DNA of 64,000 nucleotides from Raillietiella orientalis (lineage: Eukaryota). The stretch covers positions 1,736,001 to 1,800,000 of the forward strand of contig JAYWIR010000041.1 in NCBI GenBank assembly GCA_036172245.1, read 5' to 3'. Position numbers and translations under genes: made by a program. The notes beneath the pieces were generated by a model. That model ran no database searches and was not told the origin of the DNA. It saw nothing but the letters and a program-made list of their open reading frames with translations. Below, piece by piece: positions 39,401 through 51,300 of the stretch (positions are counted from its first letter, which is position 1; each line of letters opens with the position of its first letter).

Positions 39401-41320
39401 TTCATAAGAACCCGGATGCCGGGGGCTCCCCGATTCCCATCGGGGAGTGGTCCGTCGCGAACCCCCGGCCGAGAGCCGCTCGGCCTGCGTGCCCTCCCTC
39501 CCTCCCCCATTCTGCCCTTTTAAGAAGAGTGCACGGAGGGAGATTTCCGTCGCGCTTTAGCCTCGAGCCGCTGGCAGTTGCGGTCGGCCGGTTCTCACGG
39601 AGACGGAGCGGAGCCGCGTGCCTCCTCGTGTGACGATTCGCGTTACCACAGACGGGATCGCCGAGCACGTCCTCCCCCAACGATGTTGGCATGAAGGAAA
39701 ATTTTGAAAGAGGATGCTGTCGCGAGATACAGATACTCGGAGAGGAAGGAGGAAGCGTTGCGACCAGGAGGCGCCAGAAGCAACGGGAAGACGGATATGT
39801 TTGGGCCAAGAGCAGAAACGCTGGAGCTGCGGCATCCGGCGAGCAGCGGCGAGATGGGGTTTGCGCACGCTGTTCTGGAAGCATCTTTCCCGGCGGGAAG
39901 AGGGATGCTTCCTTCCCCAGTTCCACGAAGCCGTCGTTACGAGATGAACCCGTCGCCAAGTTTGCGCAGATGCTGTTGCCAAACCCACAAGATCGTACCG
40001 AGATAAATTACTGATGGATCACCAGAGAGACTAGCGACGGCGCACCGCACTCTGGACGAGGTAAATTAAGCATCCTTCTCCACCCGCGTGCTGAGAACCG
40101 GCCCAGACATCGTCTACATGCGTTGCTCTGAATGGCTGGTAACGACCGCCACCGGACCTCGTGCTGTATATCCCTCATGGGTGGTTCCATTCGAAATCTT
40201 CTCTGCGTACAGTAATGAGTTTGCAGGAGGAGTCCTCGAGAAACTCCTCCATCTCGTCAGATGACCTACGTAATTCATCGTGGACGCTGTTCGCCTGGCC
40301 GGTGGAGTGCACCCAGCACAGGTTCTGGCTGTGCTGTGCGTTGGTGCACGCACCTTCCTGTTCTTCGGGGACCTCTGTCTGTGCTTACAAGGGATTCGAG
40401 AGTTCCCTGAGCAGCTCGTCATACTTGGGGTCCCGGGGACTCCGGACATCCGACCACCAGCTCCCTCTCTTCGACACCGGCACTCCTCCGGCAGCAGAAG
40501 GGAGCTCCGGCTCCCGGCTGTTTCACCTTTGATCGCCGCGCTTCCTTCAGAGCCTCCGCTGCACTCTCGCAGTCCATCCGGATGACTCGACCCTCCTAAT
40601 GGGGAAGGGGACCCTGGCCCAACCCTGCGCCGACCCGTTCCGGGGGCGAAACTTGCTGCTTGCGGTTCTTCCAGCAGACCTTGCGCAGGATCCTGCGACC
40701 AGCTCAGCGCCAAGAGATGGCAGGAAAACCCTCCTCCAAGGGAAGTTCCCTCAGCTGATGAGGGTCGATCGAGCTCTCCGAACGGAGGACACGGACACTC
40801 GCGTCTCGCAAGTGTTGCTACTTACTATTTACTACGAGCAAGTGCCTACTTACTCGTCTGCCCCTTTCAGCGCCTCCTCCACCTCACGGTGGATCACGAA
40901 GACTCGGTGCCTGCAGTTCCCGGAGATTGCACTTATGGCAAAGACGCAGGAGCTTCAGTTGCAGCCTCTGCACCCCGAGTCATCGTCTGCGCACGTACTT
41001 GATCTTCCCACCTTAGTCCAACGAGCATGGGGACTCTGCCGCCTTTCTGGAGCACCCTGAAGTTGCTGGGCCGTACCCCGGAACTGGCTGTCTGAAACGA
41101 CCGCCAGGTGTCGATTTTCGTGTGCTCTCTTGACTTGGTTCACCAGGTGGTCATGCGTCCTGATGACCACTGCAGAATCTTTTGAGCGGCGACTGAAAAC
41201 GCACGATCCTTGGGTCTCAGCTACGGGAAGCAGCGGGTGATCGAGTCCTGTCGCGGAGCAGCCAGAATTTTCCAGCGACCGCTGGTCCAGAAACAGATGA
41301 AGGCTCTGACGATTCCCCAA
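36500..41320 (+). mobile_element. Near full-length, frameshifted, GC-rich L1/Tx1-like LINE relic
   Basis: Colinear remnants: ORF1-like YVRSGVPREA..WL and zinc-knuckle-like FRCLFAGRQGH (about 37200-37420); APE endonuclease-like SLDVRE, GSGGAILLL and ESRIDGW (38235-38860); RT-like DGIAEH, QTHKIVPR, SDDL and SYLG (39650-40430); C-terminal CSLC..ESSSAHVL..VQRAW (about 40957-41030). Ends are approximate and no TSD was found. Confidence 0.6.
36835..36856. repeat. (GA)n microsatellite
   Basis: About 11 GA units. Confidence 0.9.
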
Positions 41321-41899
41321 TAATAATCATCACAATATCTCCTCAAGCCCTAAACATAACATTGAAAATTTTAATGCATTAGGATTCTGAGGTACTCAAA
41401 TTTAACCTAACACAAAATCGCTTACAAAAAATCATTCATCTCAAATGACACGTGACAAAATATGCCATAAATATTTACTTTCCATAACACTCTAAACAAT
41501 ACTCTTTCTACTGGCTCCTGCCGCCTGATGTTCGAAAGTCAGGAGGAGCTCCGCTCAGAAACTGAGGTAGAGGGACCTCTCGAGCAGGGCCAATGGAAAG
41601 TCCCTTTCTTTCCCTCCGCGTAGAGCAAAATGGCGCTCGGTCGGAAGCGTTGAAGAGAATCCGGGTGGCGAATACAATCACGTGGTTTTCCAGATCACGC
41701 CGTGGACGGTGGCTTCGTAGAAGTCTCTGCGAGGCAAGCGTGGCGTGTCGTGAAACCGACGGGCATCGCGTGATCCGTTCGCTGCTTTCTGCGTCCTTCC
41801 GGCTGCTTTCGGTTTTCCCTTTTTCCCATATCACTAGGAACCACCGCCTCAGCGCCGGGGACAACACAGCAGCTGCTGGGAACACCATGGGCGACCGCC

Positions 41900-42500
41900 A
41901 CCATCCTCGCTAGCGAAAAGGGACGATTCGCGAGGCAGCTCCCCTAAGAGTTGACCCTGCCTGCCTCTCGTTCATTTTCTGGTCATCCATCTCGGCGGAG
42001 AGCCTTGTCGAGTTGGCATCTTGTTGAGCATCAAGGACCTTGTCGAGAGGAGGAGGAGTCATCTGGAAATCCCTCTTACCTCCTCCCCCCCTGACGTGAA
42101 TGCACTCCAGCGTGATGCCTAAGTGGTGCTCACCGAGTGTGGAAGATGAGATCGCCGAGTCAGAGGTAGGATACACCCACATGCTGGCTTGAAGAAGGGA
42201 AAAGAGGAAAAGAAAGACTCGAGGGGAAGAAGCGTCGGAGGATGAGATGGAACGTGATCTCTTGGTCCTCGGATGCTTGAAAGAAAGCGTGGAGGAACGG
42301 AGATGTGATGGTCTTTGTTACGCCGGATGCTGCAGGGTTGCAGCTCGGAAAGGATTGAGTATATCTTCCAGAATGGAAAGAGGAGAAGGTGGGGGGAGGG
42401 ATTGAAAAGAAACTGGTTTCAAGAGATCATAGGGATTTGTAATGCCTCCTGCGACCCTCCCTTCCAGGGACAAGCGCTTTTGATCCGGGGGACATGACCG
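41900..42500 (-). mobile_element. Decayed LINE RT fragment
   Basis: Minus strand RVAGGITNP (resembling GVPQGGILSP) followed by HHLGITLE (resembling KYLGITLD). Confidence 0.3.
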
Positions 42501-43560
42501 GAGTCTCTCCGACCCGAGCTGGAAGTGGTTGTTGGATGCAGTGGATTCCAGAGCAGCAAGACCTCTTCCTTCTCCCTTCCGAGTTTTCAGAGCTCCCTCC
42601 GGTCAGGTGCCAAAGTTCCATTATGGTCTCATCGAACGGATTGTTGAAACGACACGACTGCGAATATCGTCACAAGTGGTGACTTCTCATCGAGTTAGGA
42701 GAAGCAACGAGGCGCTCTTACCGGGGTCAGAGATCGCGCACAGCATTCTGAGGTTCGGGTGGTGGTAATTCAATTGAAAGATTTGGATCTCGCAACGGGG
42801 GGAGAGAGAGAGAGAGAATACTCTCCTCCGCCGTGCGGGGATGGACCATTGCTTCCCTCCGCGTGCCACGGATGGGACAAGATGACTCCTTCCGTAACAC
42901 ATGGCACAAGACGCGGCAGAGAGGGTAGGAGGAAGATGTGATGTTCCTTCATCACATCTAGTGGTGCCTTTCTCCTGGTTTGGGTTCGCAGAGGCTGGAT
43001 CCCCTGTGAAAGTTCTGCTTCTCTTTGAACGCCATTCCGGTTTCATGCCCGAAGGGTATCGAAGAGATGCTCCTCTATCGTGATCGCCGTTCCTGGTTGG
43101 CGCTTCCAAGGACTCCTTGGAACTCGTCTCGCAGCCCCTGATCCCAAAGACTTCTGACTCAAAAGAAAAGACTTTGTTCGGATACTTGATTGGCCGAAGT
43201 CTTCATCTTCGTCAACTCGTGAAGACATTTCAGGAGACTCTCAGATCAACAGCAAAGTCCATGCTTCTGCAGCCTGCGTTTCCTCTTTTTGTACGTTTGC
43301 GTACGTTAGTTGAAAACAGGACCAGTTCCGGACAGCTGCCACATCTCCCATCCAGATCGAGGCGTTTCCTCTATGGGTTTAGTGATTTTGTGTGGGTGTC
43401 TTTCTTCCGCACAGAGATGACTGCCCTTTCATAATTGTGCCTATTTCACACCGCTCTTTCCGCTCTTTTGCGGCGCGCAGCGCTGCATACTGAAGTAATA
43501 TTCCCCTTTTCCCACGAACCTACCCGGTTGCCCTGCTCATCCCCATGTTTTCATGAGCCC

Positions 43561-43584
43561 AGAGAGAGAGAGAGAGAGAGAGAG
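43561..43584. repeat. (AG)n microsatellite
   Basis: About 12 AG units. Confidence 0.9.
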
Positions 43585-44909
43585 AAGGAAAAAGAAAAAA
43601 ATCCAGCTGCCCTTCTCGTACGAGGCTCATATTTTGACCTCTTCCTGTTACATCCCTCTCATCTGTCTCGGTCTCGCTGGATTGTATTCTTGTGAAATTG
43701 TATCTTGATGTTTACCGAAACTTGTGCTTTAACTGCTGCGTTCGTGTCAAAGCTCAACTGGATTCCCGTTACCAAGCGACTGCCGGATGCATTTTTTCCT
43801 GGGGCTTCTGGAAAAGATTGTGTCTATGAAAAGCTTCAGAAAGAAGTGCACGCTAACCTTGAACCGCCGACTTGCGAAAATCTGAAATGAAAATTTCTCT
43901 TCCGGCTGAAGGCAAACCTTAACCTTCCTTCCAAGGCCCGACTGCATCTGGTTTTTGGATCACGTGAAAGCTTCTGCACACAACCTGGCAGCTTCCAAAT
44001 TCTATGCCAGCACTCCCATCCTCCAGGTTTCTTTCTGGTCCCTCCCTGTCAGGGGCTTGCTGTTACGCTTCCAGAATCAGTCTACTTTTTTGCATGGAAG
44101 GGAAAACAATCTTCCACATCTCTGATCTGTGATACGTCTCTCCCCAGCATACAAAGACAAGCCCTTTGAAATGAATCAGTTCATTCATTGAGCCAGTCGC
44201 CCTTCAGGAGGTGGACCCCAGAGTGTAAACGTGGTTCATGGTTTCATCCTGTCATCAAGTTTCGCATCCAGAAGTGCAGAACCATAAACCATGTTCGTTT
44301 GCTTTCTGTCGCCAGTGTACAGAAGAATCAGCATAGAACACGTGCAGGAGCGAGAGATAGATGCTTTTGGGGAGGAGCAACGGTCGTTAAATTTTTAGAT
44401 TATGGAAAAGCTTTAGTGTGCATTCTCAAGACATACGAATATCGAAATGTCTTGACCTGAATGAGCTCTCCGCTTTTATCCGACTGAAGCAGCCGCCTGA
44501 TTTGGTGGCTGTTTTCGGTCTGCAGAGTTCACCTCCTCGTTGGGCAGATTATCTAACTCCGTAATGATCGTCCCGAGTCCGTTCCGGCCCAATGCTCCTT
44601 GCTGGATTTCACATTTTTCTCGGAATTTCTAGTAGAGAGGCTTAGGCCACGTGCTGCTTCATTAAATGTTCCTCAAAAACTCATGGATGAAAAAATTGGT
44701 CACTTCCAACATCTATTGGTTTCCCCCCTTCGAGAAGTTTCGTTAAAAGCGGATTGTTTCGAAGGTGGTCCACCACCGGTTGCTTTATCTATGAGAGCTT
44801 TTGTTCCTCTGGATGCGTCCTCTCCACGATTTCACCGAAGGCCACCGCAAGCAGGAGTCGATACACGGATAAACGGAAGTGTCCTGGTGATCTGCTTCAA
44901 CGTGAAGTT

Positions 44910-45523
44910 ATTCATCGATATACTCTGCATATTTTAGAGGATGTGTTTATTGAGGATGTTATTCATGCTATGTGGGAGATAGATGAATAGGTCATAAGTA
45001 ATCGAATAGAGGGAGTGGTTAATCCTATGATGGGAGCTATTATGGCTCTAAGGATTGTTGAGATTAGGATAATTGATGATGATGATAACAAGGAAATGAT
45101 GAATATGGGAGCTAGTTTTTGTCATGATAGTAATATTTTAGTTGTTGTTCATGAGGAATTATTAATGATAGGTAATAGTCAATAATGGAATGGTAGTATG
45201 CCTAGTTTTACTAGTATGATTATTGCTATAGTATTGGATATGATGGAGGGGAAGGAGTTGAAAATAATGGAAATTATTAGGAATATTGAGGATGAAACTG
45301 CTTGGATTAGGAAGTATTTTATTGCGGAATGTGTTGATGAGGTGGTGGGGGGGGTTGCGATGATGGGACATATGGAGATTGTGTTGATTTCTAAACTTAT
45401 TCATATTATTAGTCAATTGTTGGTCGATAGTGTGATTAGTGTTCTAAAGAAGACTAAAGGTAAGAATATTAATGATGGAAGGGAGAGGATAGGGGGATCA
45501 AAGATTCATCGATATACTCTGCA
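44910..45523 (+). repeat. 20-bp perfect direct repeat (target-site duplication) flanking the NUMT
   Basis: attcatcgatatactctgca at 44910-44929 and 45504-45523. Confidence 0.92.
44930..45503 (-). pseudogene. ND2: NUMT: 5' part of mitochondrial NADH dehydrogenase subunit 2
   Basis: 45490-44930 is 187 uninterrupted codons in the invertebrate mitochondrial code (TGA=W, ATA=M, AGA=S): ..LITLSTNNWLMMWMSLEINTISMCPII..SAMKYFLIQAVSS..KLGMLPFHYWL..LLSWQKLAPM..LLMTYSSISHMAWM. It shows strong mtDNA-like strand skew and abrupt borders. Confidence 0.95.
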
Positions 45524-46219
45524 CTGCACTTTCCTTTTTGCTCCGTGTATTTCTTCTACCTCGCATCGAGTTTCCTTTATGCAAAACTGCAATCATTTTT
45601 TTTCTTCGTTTTTTGTCATTACCCGGTTTCCAGGAAACATAGAAAACCCCTGCTCTCTTTGATTCCTGGTACAACCTCTCTGGTACACGGTACTATGGTC
45701 ATGAAGGGCTCTGGCATCGGAAAACGTGATTTTTTCTTGAGTATCCCTTGTTTGAAACATGTACATCAGCCGGGTCGTTTTATAAGCCCTCTTCCACATA
45801 TTCTAGATCCATATAGATTTATCAACTGTCTGATTTGGCCTTTCAGATAGAAGCAGGAAATGTTTGTTACCGAATTGTTTTCCTTCAGGATCATTTCATG
45901 AGCTCACAGTTTGAATTCCTTCTGTAGAAAAATGTTTGCACTCTGTTAAAAGAACAGTCCATTTAGAAAAAGTATGCTTTTTGGATTTGTGCAACAGTAA
46001 GATGATTTGCTCCGAAGATCACGCGGGTTGAAGAACAGTTTAAAATTGCAGGTACGCTGTGCATCAAGTCTCATGTTTATCTCAGGAGCCTCATTTCCAG
46101 CGTGCATTCCTTGCCTCCCTCCCGACTTCAAAAGCCAAATTCAACGCAGCAAGCTGTGCAGTTTAGCCGATCGGTGCCGCTCTCCCAACTTGAAGAAGTC
46201 TGTTTAAGATGACATCTTA

Positions 46220-47100
46220 TCTGAGCAACTCATTAGACCACAGCAGCAACTGCTCCCACCAGAGTCCACCACAGAAAGTGTGAGCTAAACACGAATTTTG
46301 AAAGTGCTCAGATTCCAAACGCTTTGTGTTCTTGATCAGCAGCATCGTTTCCTGGTGTTTCAGGCACCCGCCTGTAGTGACTGGATATCGAAAGGCGGAG
46401 AGTAAAAAGGCCAGTGGCTTTAGGGCCACTGGTCTCTGAGACCCCTGCGAAGCAGTTGTCACTTTGTCGCCGTTCTTTTCTGCTTTCCTTTGTTTCGAGA
46501 GCTGCCCAGCGCCCTGCTGGCTAGATAGCTCATCAACGATGATTCCGGTCGATGCCAGAGCTTGCTCTCTATCTTTTCCTAAGTATGTGATGCTCGACTG
46601 CAGGTCTTGACACTTTTTCTTTGTTATGAAACCTCTAAACTTCATGTCCAAGGGATTCATATGCTCATCCGCTTTTTGCTTCGATTTTTGTGGACGACTA
46701 GGATCTTTCGGGAAAATATAAAATAGAAAATCACTTCCGCGAAGTTTCCCTGTTTTCTTTTTTGCCTTAAGGTAAGCTTTTTGACTGCGTTCTGGAAGGA
46801 AATCGAAGCGATGCAATCAATCATGTAAATGAATGCAAGGAATTTAGAAAAACAACTCGAGGTGCTAAAAAAAAAAAAAAATCCCTCTGTTTTTTCTAAA
46901 ATCTTCAAGAAGTTACCTCAAGTGTTCCAGATGAAACTTCTTGGTAACGGTGGCTGTTGGCACAAAGAATATAACGAAATTTTCGCAGCTGCGAAAACAC
47001 AAACTTGGCGAATGCAAGGCTAAAAGGTCAACTCCGTAAGTGCCTTCTTTTCCTCTCTCGCTCTCTTTGCAAGGAGAATGTTTCCAATTCGGCCTAAGAG
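46220..47100 (-). mobile_element. Decayed DIRS-like retrotransposon reverse transcriptase
   Basis: Minus-strand motifs in order: KKFHLEHL (resembling FKMETL), IP.IH..HRFDFL, KLRGSDFLFY..SKQKADEH, RGFITKKKCQDLQSSITYLG, VALKPLAFLL. This spacing fits DIRS-type RT, but the catalytic DD is lost and no tyrosine recombinase was seen. Confidence 0.45.
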
Positions 47101-47599
47101 TCGTTCGATGTACAGCCACACAAAATTGGCAATGTGCCGTGTATAAACAGCTACAAACGAGGCTGAGATTTCGAGTCGCACAAGCCGCACATGCATATGC
47201 GGGCTTGAGATTGCAATCCAGAAGTGACTCTCGGAGTACTTGCACGTCGAATAAAGAGCATTTTCCTTGGAAGTCCTTGCTTTCATCATCGATAAAGAAA
47301 ATAGTTTACTTGTGGTGGCGGATTGTGTGCCTCAAACGAAGGGAAAACTGACCTCCGTAGCTTGCGATATGCGAGCGCGAGCTCATCTACAGAGGTCAGG
47401 TGTCAGCAACTAATATGGAGTGGTTAGCTTGGAAAAGAAAGAAAGAAAAAAAAAAAATTCTTCCAACTAAGGTACGGACGTTCCTGGGAGGAGCAGATTT
47501 TTCTGCTTCCTGGTGATCTGACTCGCTTTACGATTTAATCGGGTGCGATCGCCTTTAGAACCATTCCCCTATCTGTCCATGATACCTGGGCACGATCAT

Positions 47600-48360
47600 T
47601 CAATCGATAAACGCAAAGGAAAACGAACTTTCCAGATGCGATTCCGGCCTCGTGGCCTGAGGCGATATGTTTTATTCCTTTATGGCATTATTGTTTTCGA
47701 GTCAGAACACAGCTTGATACCCGCACGAAGAGGGAAAATTCAGTCTTTAATTCCCAAGGGTTGGCGATTTCCAGATTATGACTGATGAGGAAAAATCATC
47801 TTCCCACCATAAATCTTGTTTAGATGGAGCAGCCAGCATGTGGCCTTATCCCCATGAAGGTCTCCTGAGGTTCGATCTTGAAGTCTTCTTCTTGAAAAAA
47901 GGCGGTTTTTCTTTTCCTGCTGAACTTTCATTCTTTACTGGCACGGGTTGGCTCCCGAGTTCTTTGTGAGCACATAAAAGTGGCCGCGTCTTTGTGATGT
48001 TCTATCTATTCTGGAGTCTTTGCCAGGAAACAAGGGCCCTCCACACCGATTCAGCTGGGCTGCAATCCGAGGCTCTGCTGGGGGGAGTTGGGAGTGTTTC
48101 CCGAGTCAAGAAACTTGAATTCACCAAGAGTGGATAGCAGGCAGAAGATCCAAGCAGCTAACCTGATGAGATGAGAGAAAGGTGCTTGGATCAAGAGGAT
48201 TTGTTCTAGACTTTACATGATCCAGCCGTTCAGCTTGGTTAGCAAGCGAAGAAAACTTACCCGGTCAATGAACATGAATAAGAGGCTTGCATTTAATCCA
48301 AACTTACGTCTTGAGTTGGTCTCACTCTGTTCCATTGAGCCATGTTTAGGAAGACCAGAC
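47600..48360 (+). mobile_element. Decayed L1-like RT fragment
   Basis: RGKIQSLIPKG (resembling GII.LIPK), FSWAAI (resembling DRVSW) and LCSIEPCL (resembling LF.LAIEPL) in the expected order. Confidence 0.4.
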
Positions 48361-51300
48361 AACCACTCGGAGCCGCGATGAAAACGACCCGACTGTGTAG
48401 GGCTCCACAGACCCAGGAAACCATTGCCTCCCCCCCCCCAAAAAAAAAAAAAAAACACATGTTCACGAAATTCTCAAACACCCTTTCTTCCCGACATCTA
48501 GACAAAGCGGGTTATTCAGAAGATGAATCCATCGTATGATTGCATGACCACAGAAAGAGTCCGCTTCTTATTATGGTTTCCCTTAATCCTGTTTTTCCAT
48601 GCTGAAGCAATTATCCGTAGGGATTATCAGGTTTCCTCATCTTAAAAACAACGCTCGCATCTACTGAAGAAAGAAGATTCTTTCAGCAGGTTTTCTCTCT
48701 CTCTCTCTCTCTTTTTTTTATCTTTCGAAATTTCGCCGCAACGAATTTCCGTCTGTTCCCCCCTTGACACTCCAGGAAAGTGTTCTCGGTTTGCTGTGTT
48801 TGCTCGACCGAAGCTCTGATTCCTTCTCTTCAAGTGTTTCCGAGGCAGGAGATGCTAACGATCACACGTCCATCAGCTTCGTCCAATCGTCCACTTAAAG
48901 CGGAATGGGTGTGCGAATGAACCGTCGGGAGCGGTTCTCGGAAATCCACGAAATGACTTGCATCAGCGGGAGGGGCAGAGATTGTTTTCGGAGTCAGGGA
49001 ATCTGGAAGCCTGAGATTAGAATCTCAGGGCTGGAAGGCAGCAGCCATTTCCAAACAGCTTGCGATCAGCACGGTCCGCACGGATAAACAACGCTGAGGA
49101 TTCGCCTTCACCGTTGTACGGACAGAATCGCAGCTGCTTTTCTTTTTTTCGTTCATTTTAACAAAGGTGATCGACGTATTGACGATGAGGAATTTAAGAA
49201 GTAAACAACAGCTTTCCTCGTTTTTTTTTGATTGATTTTATTCATGAAATGCACTTACATAAACAGTCGAACAGGAATGTTCTCGGGATCGGGCCGAGAG
49301 TATGAAGAATTTGTCTACCTGAAATTCAGTGGAGGAATTTTTTTGTTTTTTAAAAAGACATGCCAAGGAAAACGCACAAATTAATCATGGCCAAACGGCA
49401 TGGAAAAAAACTTCGTTACGATAAACCCGCATAGCAGAGGCCCAATATGAATACGGTAAAGGTTAAACCGCTCACAGAGATGGCTAATTAATTTCGGATG
49501 TGTGTTTTCACTGCATCATCTTCCCGACACACCCCGTGTCGACTTCGACGAAGAATTATGAGCAAAGCAATGGTTGCAAAATCTAAATTTCACATCGGAA
49601 CGTCTAATGCGCTGACTTTGGTCCATTTCGAAATCGGTACGTTTTACAGTCACACATCCTTGAATCGCTGGAAACGTACCGAAAATGAATCAAGGAAACT
49701 GGTGTATAAACACTCCACTGAAACCAACCGTTTCGTGTGTGTTTGTTGACACGAATGCCGGCGTTCTGCGACGGGGTCATTTGCTCGACACTGCGTTGCT
49801 CTTTCTGCCCTCTACCGATACACGGGCGAACTACAGGCTGCACGAAATTGGAGGGGGGGGGGGGAAGGGGTTCCACAACGTCAAGCATAAACTTTAAAGC
49901 AAAGGGAAAAAATTCCTCTCTTTAGGTTCATGATCCAGATTTATTAAGTTTCGGGAATCACTCTTAGAAATCATGGCAGAAGAAAACCAAGTTATAGATG
50001 GGTGCGCTTCAATATCGAATTGAACAAGAAAAAAATGAATGCAGATTATATATATCCCATTGTGACTTTATGCTTCGTCAAGAAATGTATTTTGTCAATA
50101 AATAGCATTTATTAACGTAAAGTGCGAAAGTACTCTTCATTTTGAATAAAATTCAAATCAGTTTCATCTGTGCATTCGCTACGAAAGAAGGCACTTGGGA
50201 AGTAGACTTTTTTGGGGGGGATCTTGTTCCTTGTACCACTTGCTAGAGGATTTTTCGTTTCTTCCACTACGAAAAAGTTTTTGCGAAAAGGTAATTGAAA
50301 AAATGCGTTCCAAGCAAATATTTTCCAAGGGGGGGGGGGGAACAAACGTTTACTGACAGAAAAAGTGTTCGATATATCTTCGTTTTCTGAGGTGGCAGCA
50401 CTGCTTTCATGAGATTGAAACGAAATTTCAAGTTGTGACATCTGAACATGACACTCTACATTTGCTGAATTTCTGAATAATGCTTGATTGTAAAGAATTT
50501 CCAATTTTCTTTATTTTTTTCATTAAAAAAGGGCTGTCTCACAACAAACATTGATACATTCTTCCATACTGAAAACATGGGGAAAATCCCTGGCTCCATT
50601 CGAAGTCATCGTTCTGATTGTTTTCTTATTGTCTTGCATTGTGATCTTCAGATGCATCATTTGCTCCATCCTACGCATTTTTTTGCAGAATGTTGTTTAA
50701 ACTGAGACTCTTAAGTTCAACAGAGGGATCTCCAAAATTAATCTACACAGGTGATAGATGATCTCAACGGAAATTATTAGTCAATTATTGGCTTTAACGG
50801 ATTAGACATGTATCGTATATATTACATGCTCAGGTGCATGCATATATTTCATACACCTATTTAGATGATGTGTTTATCACAACTATCCAATATTTATATA
50901 TAATAAGATGTGCGTAAGTACATGCTTACACATACGATATGTAACACATCTGTATTCTTGCAGAGTTCATGTCGCATATGCATACACACACATATGTAAT
51001 ATTACTAATTAAACGTAAATAAATTCTTTTATTCCTACAAATACTCATTCCTCTTCCTCCCCACTCCCGTAAATAGTCTCTTTAGACACAGATGAAAACA
51101 CTTTTTCCCAGTTTTATGGTGCAATTATATAATATTTTTGCCATGGATATCGAAAAGCAGAATCGAAAATCAATTCTGCCTTCAAAATTATTCAAATAAA
51201 ACATTCAAATTAGTCTTGGGAACAGTTTCCATAAGATTCGGAGACTCTCTGTTGTGGTTACACCATACCGTTGGCAGGTACTCTAGTACCCGTCATAATG

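Noticed and set aside
36565..39633. Long overlapping Arg/Pro/Gly-rich ORFs on both strands as real genes
   Set aside because: Expected from very high GC content; LINE motifs hop between frames, indicating a decayed element.
45162..45662. ORFs 45162-45416 (-) and 45198-45662 (+) as nuclear genes
   Set aside because: Off-frame and antisense readings of the ND2 NUMT.
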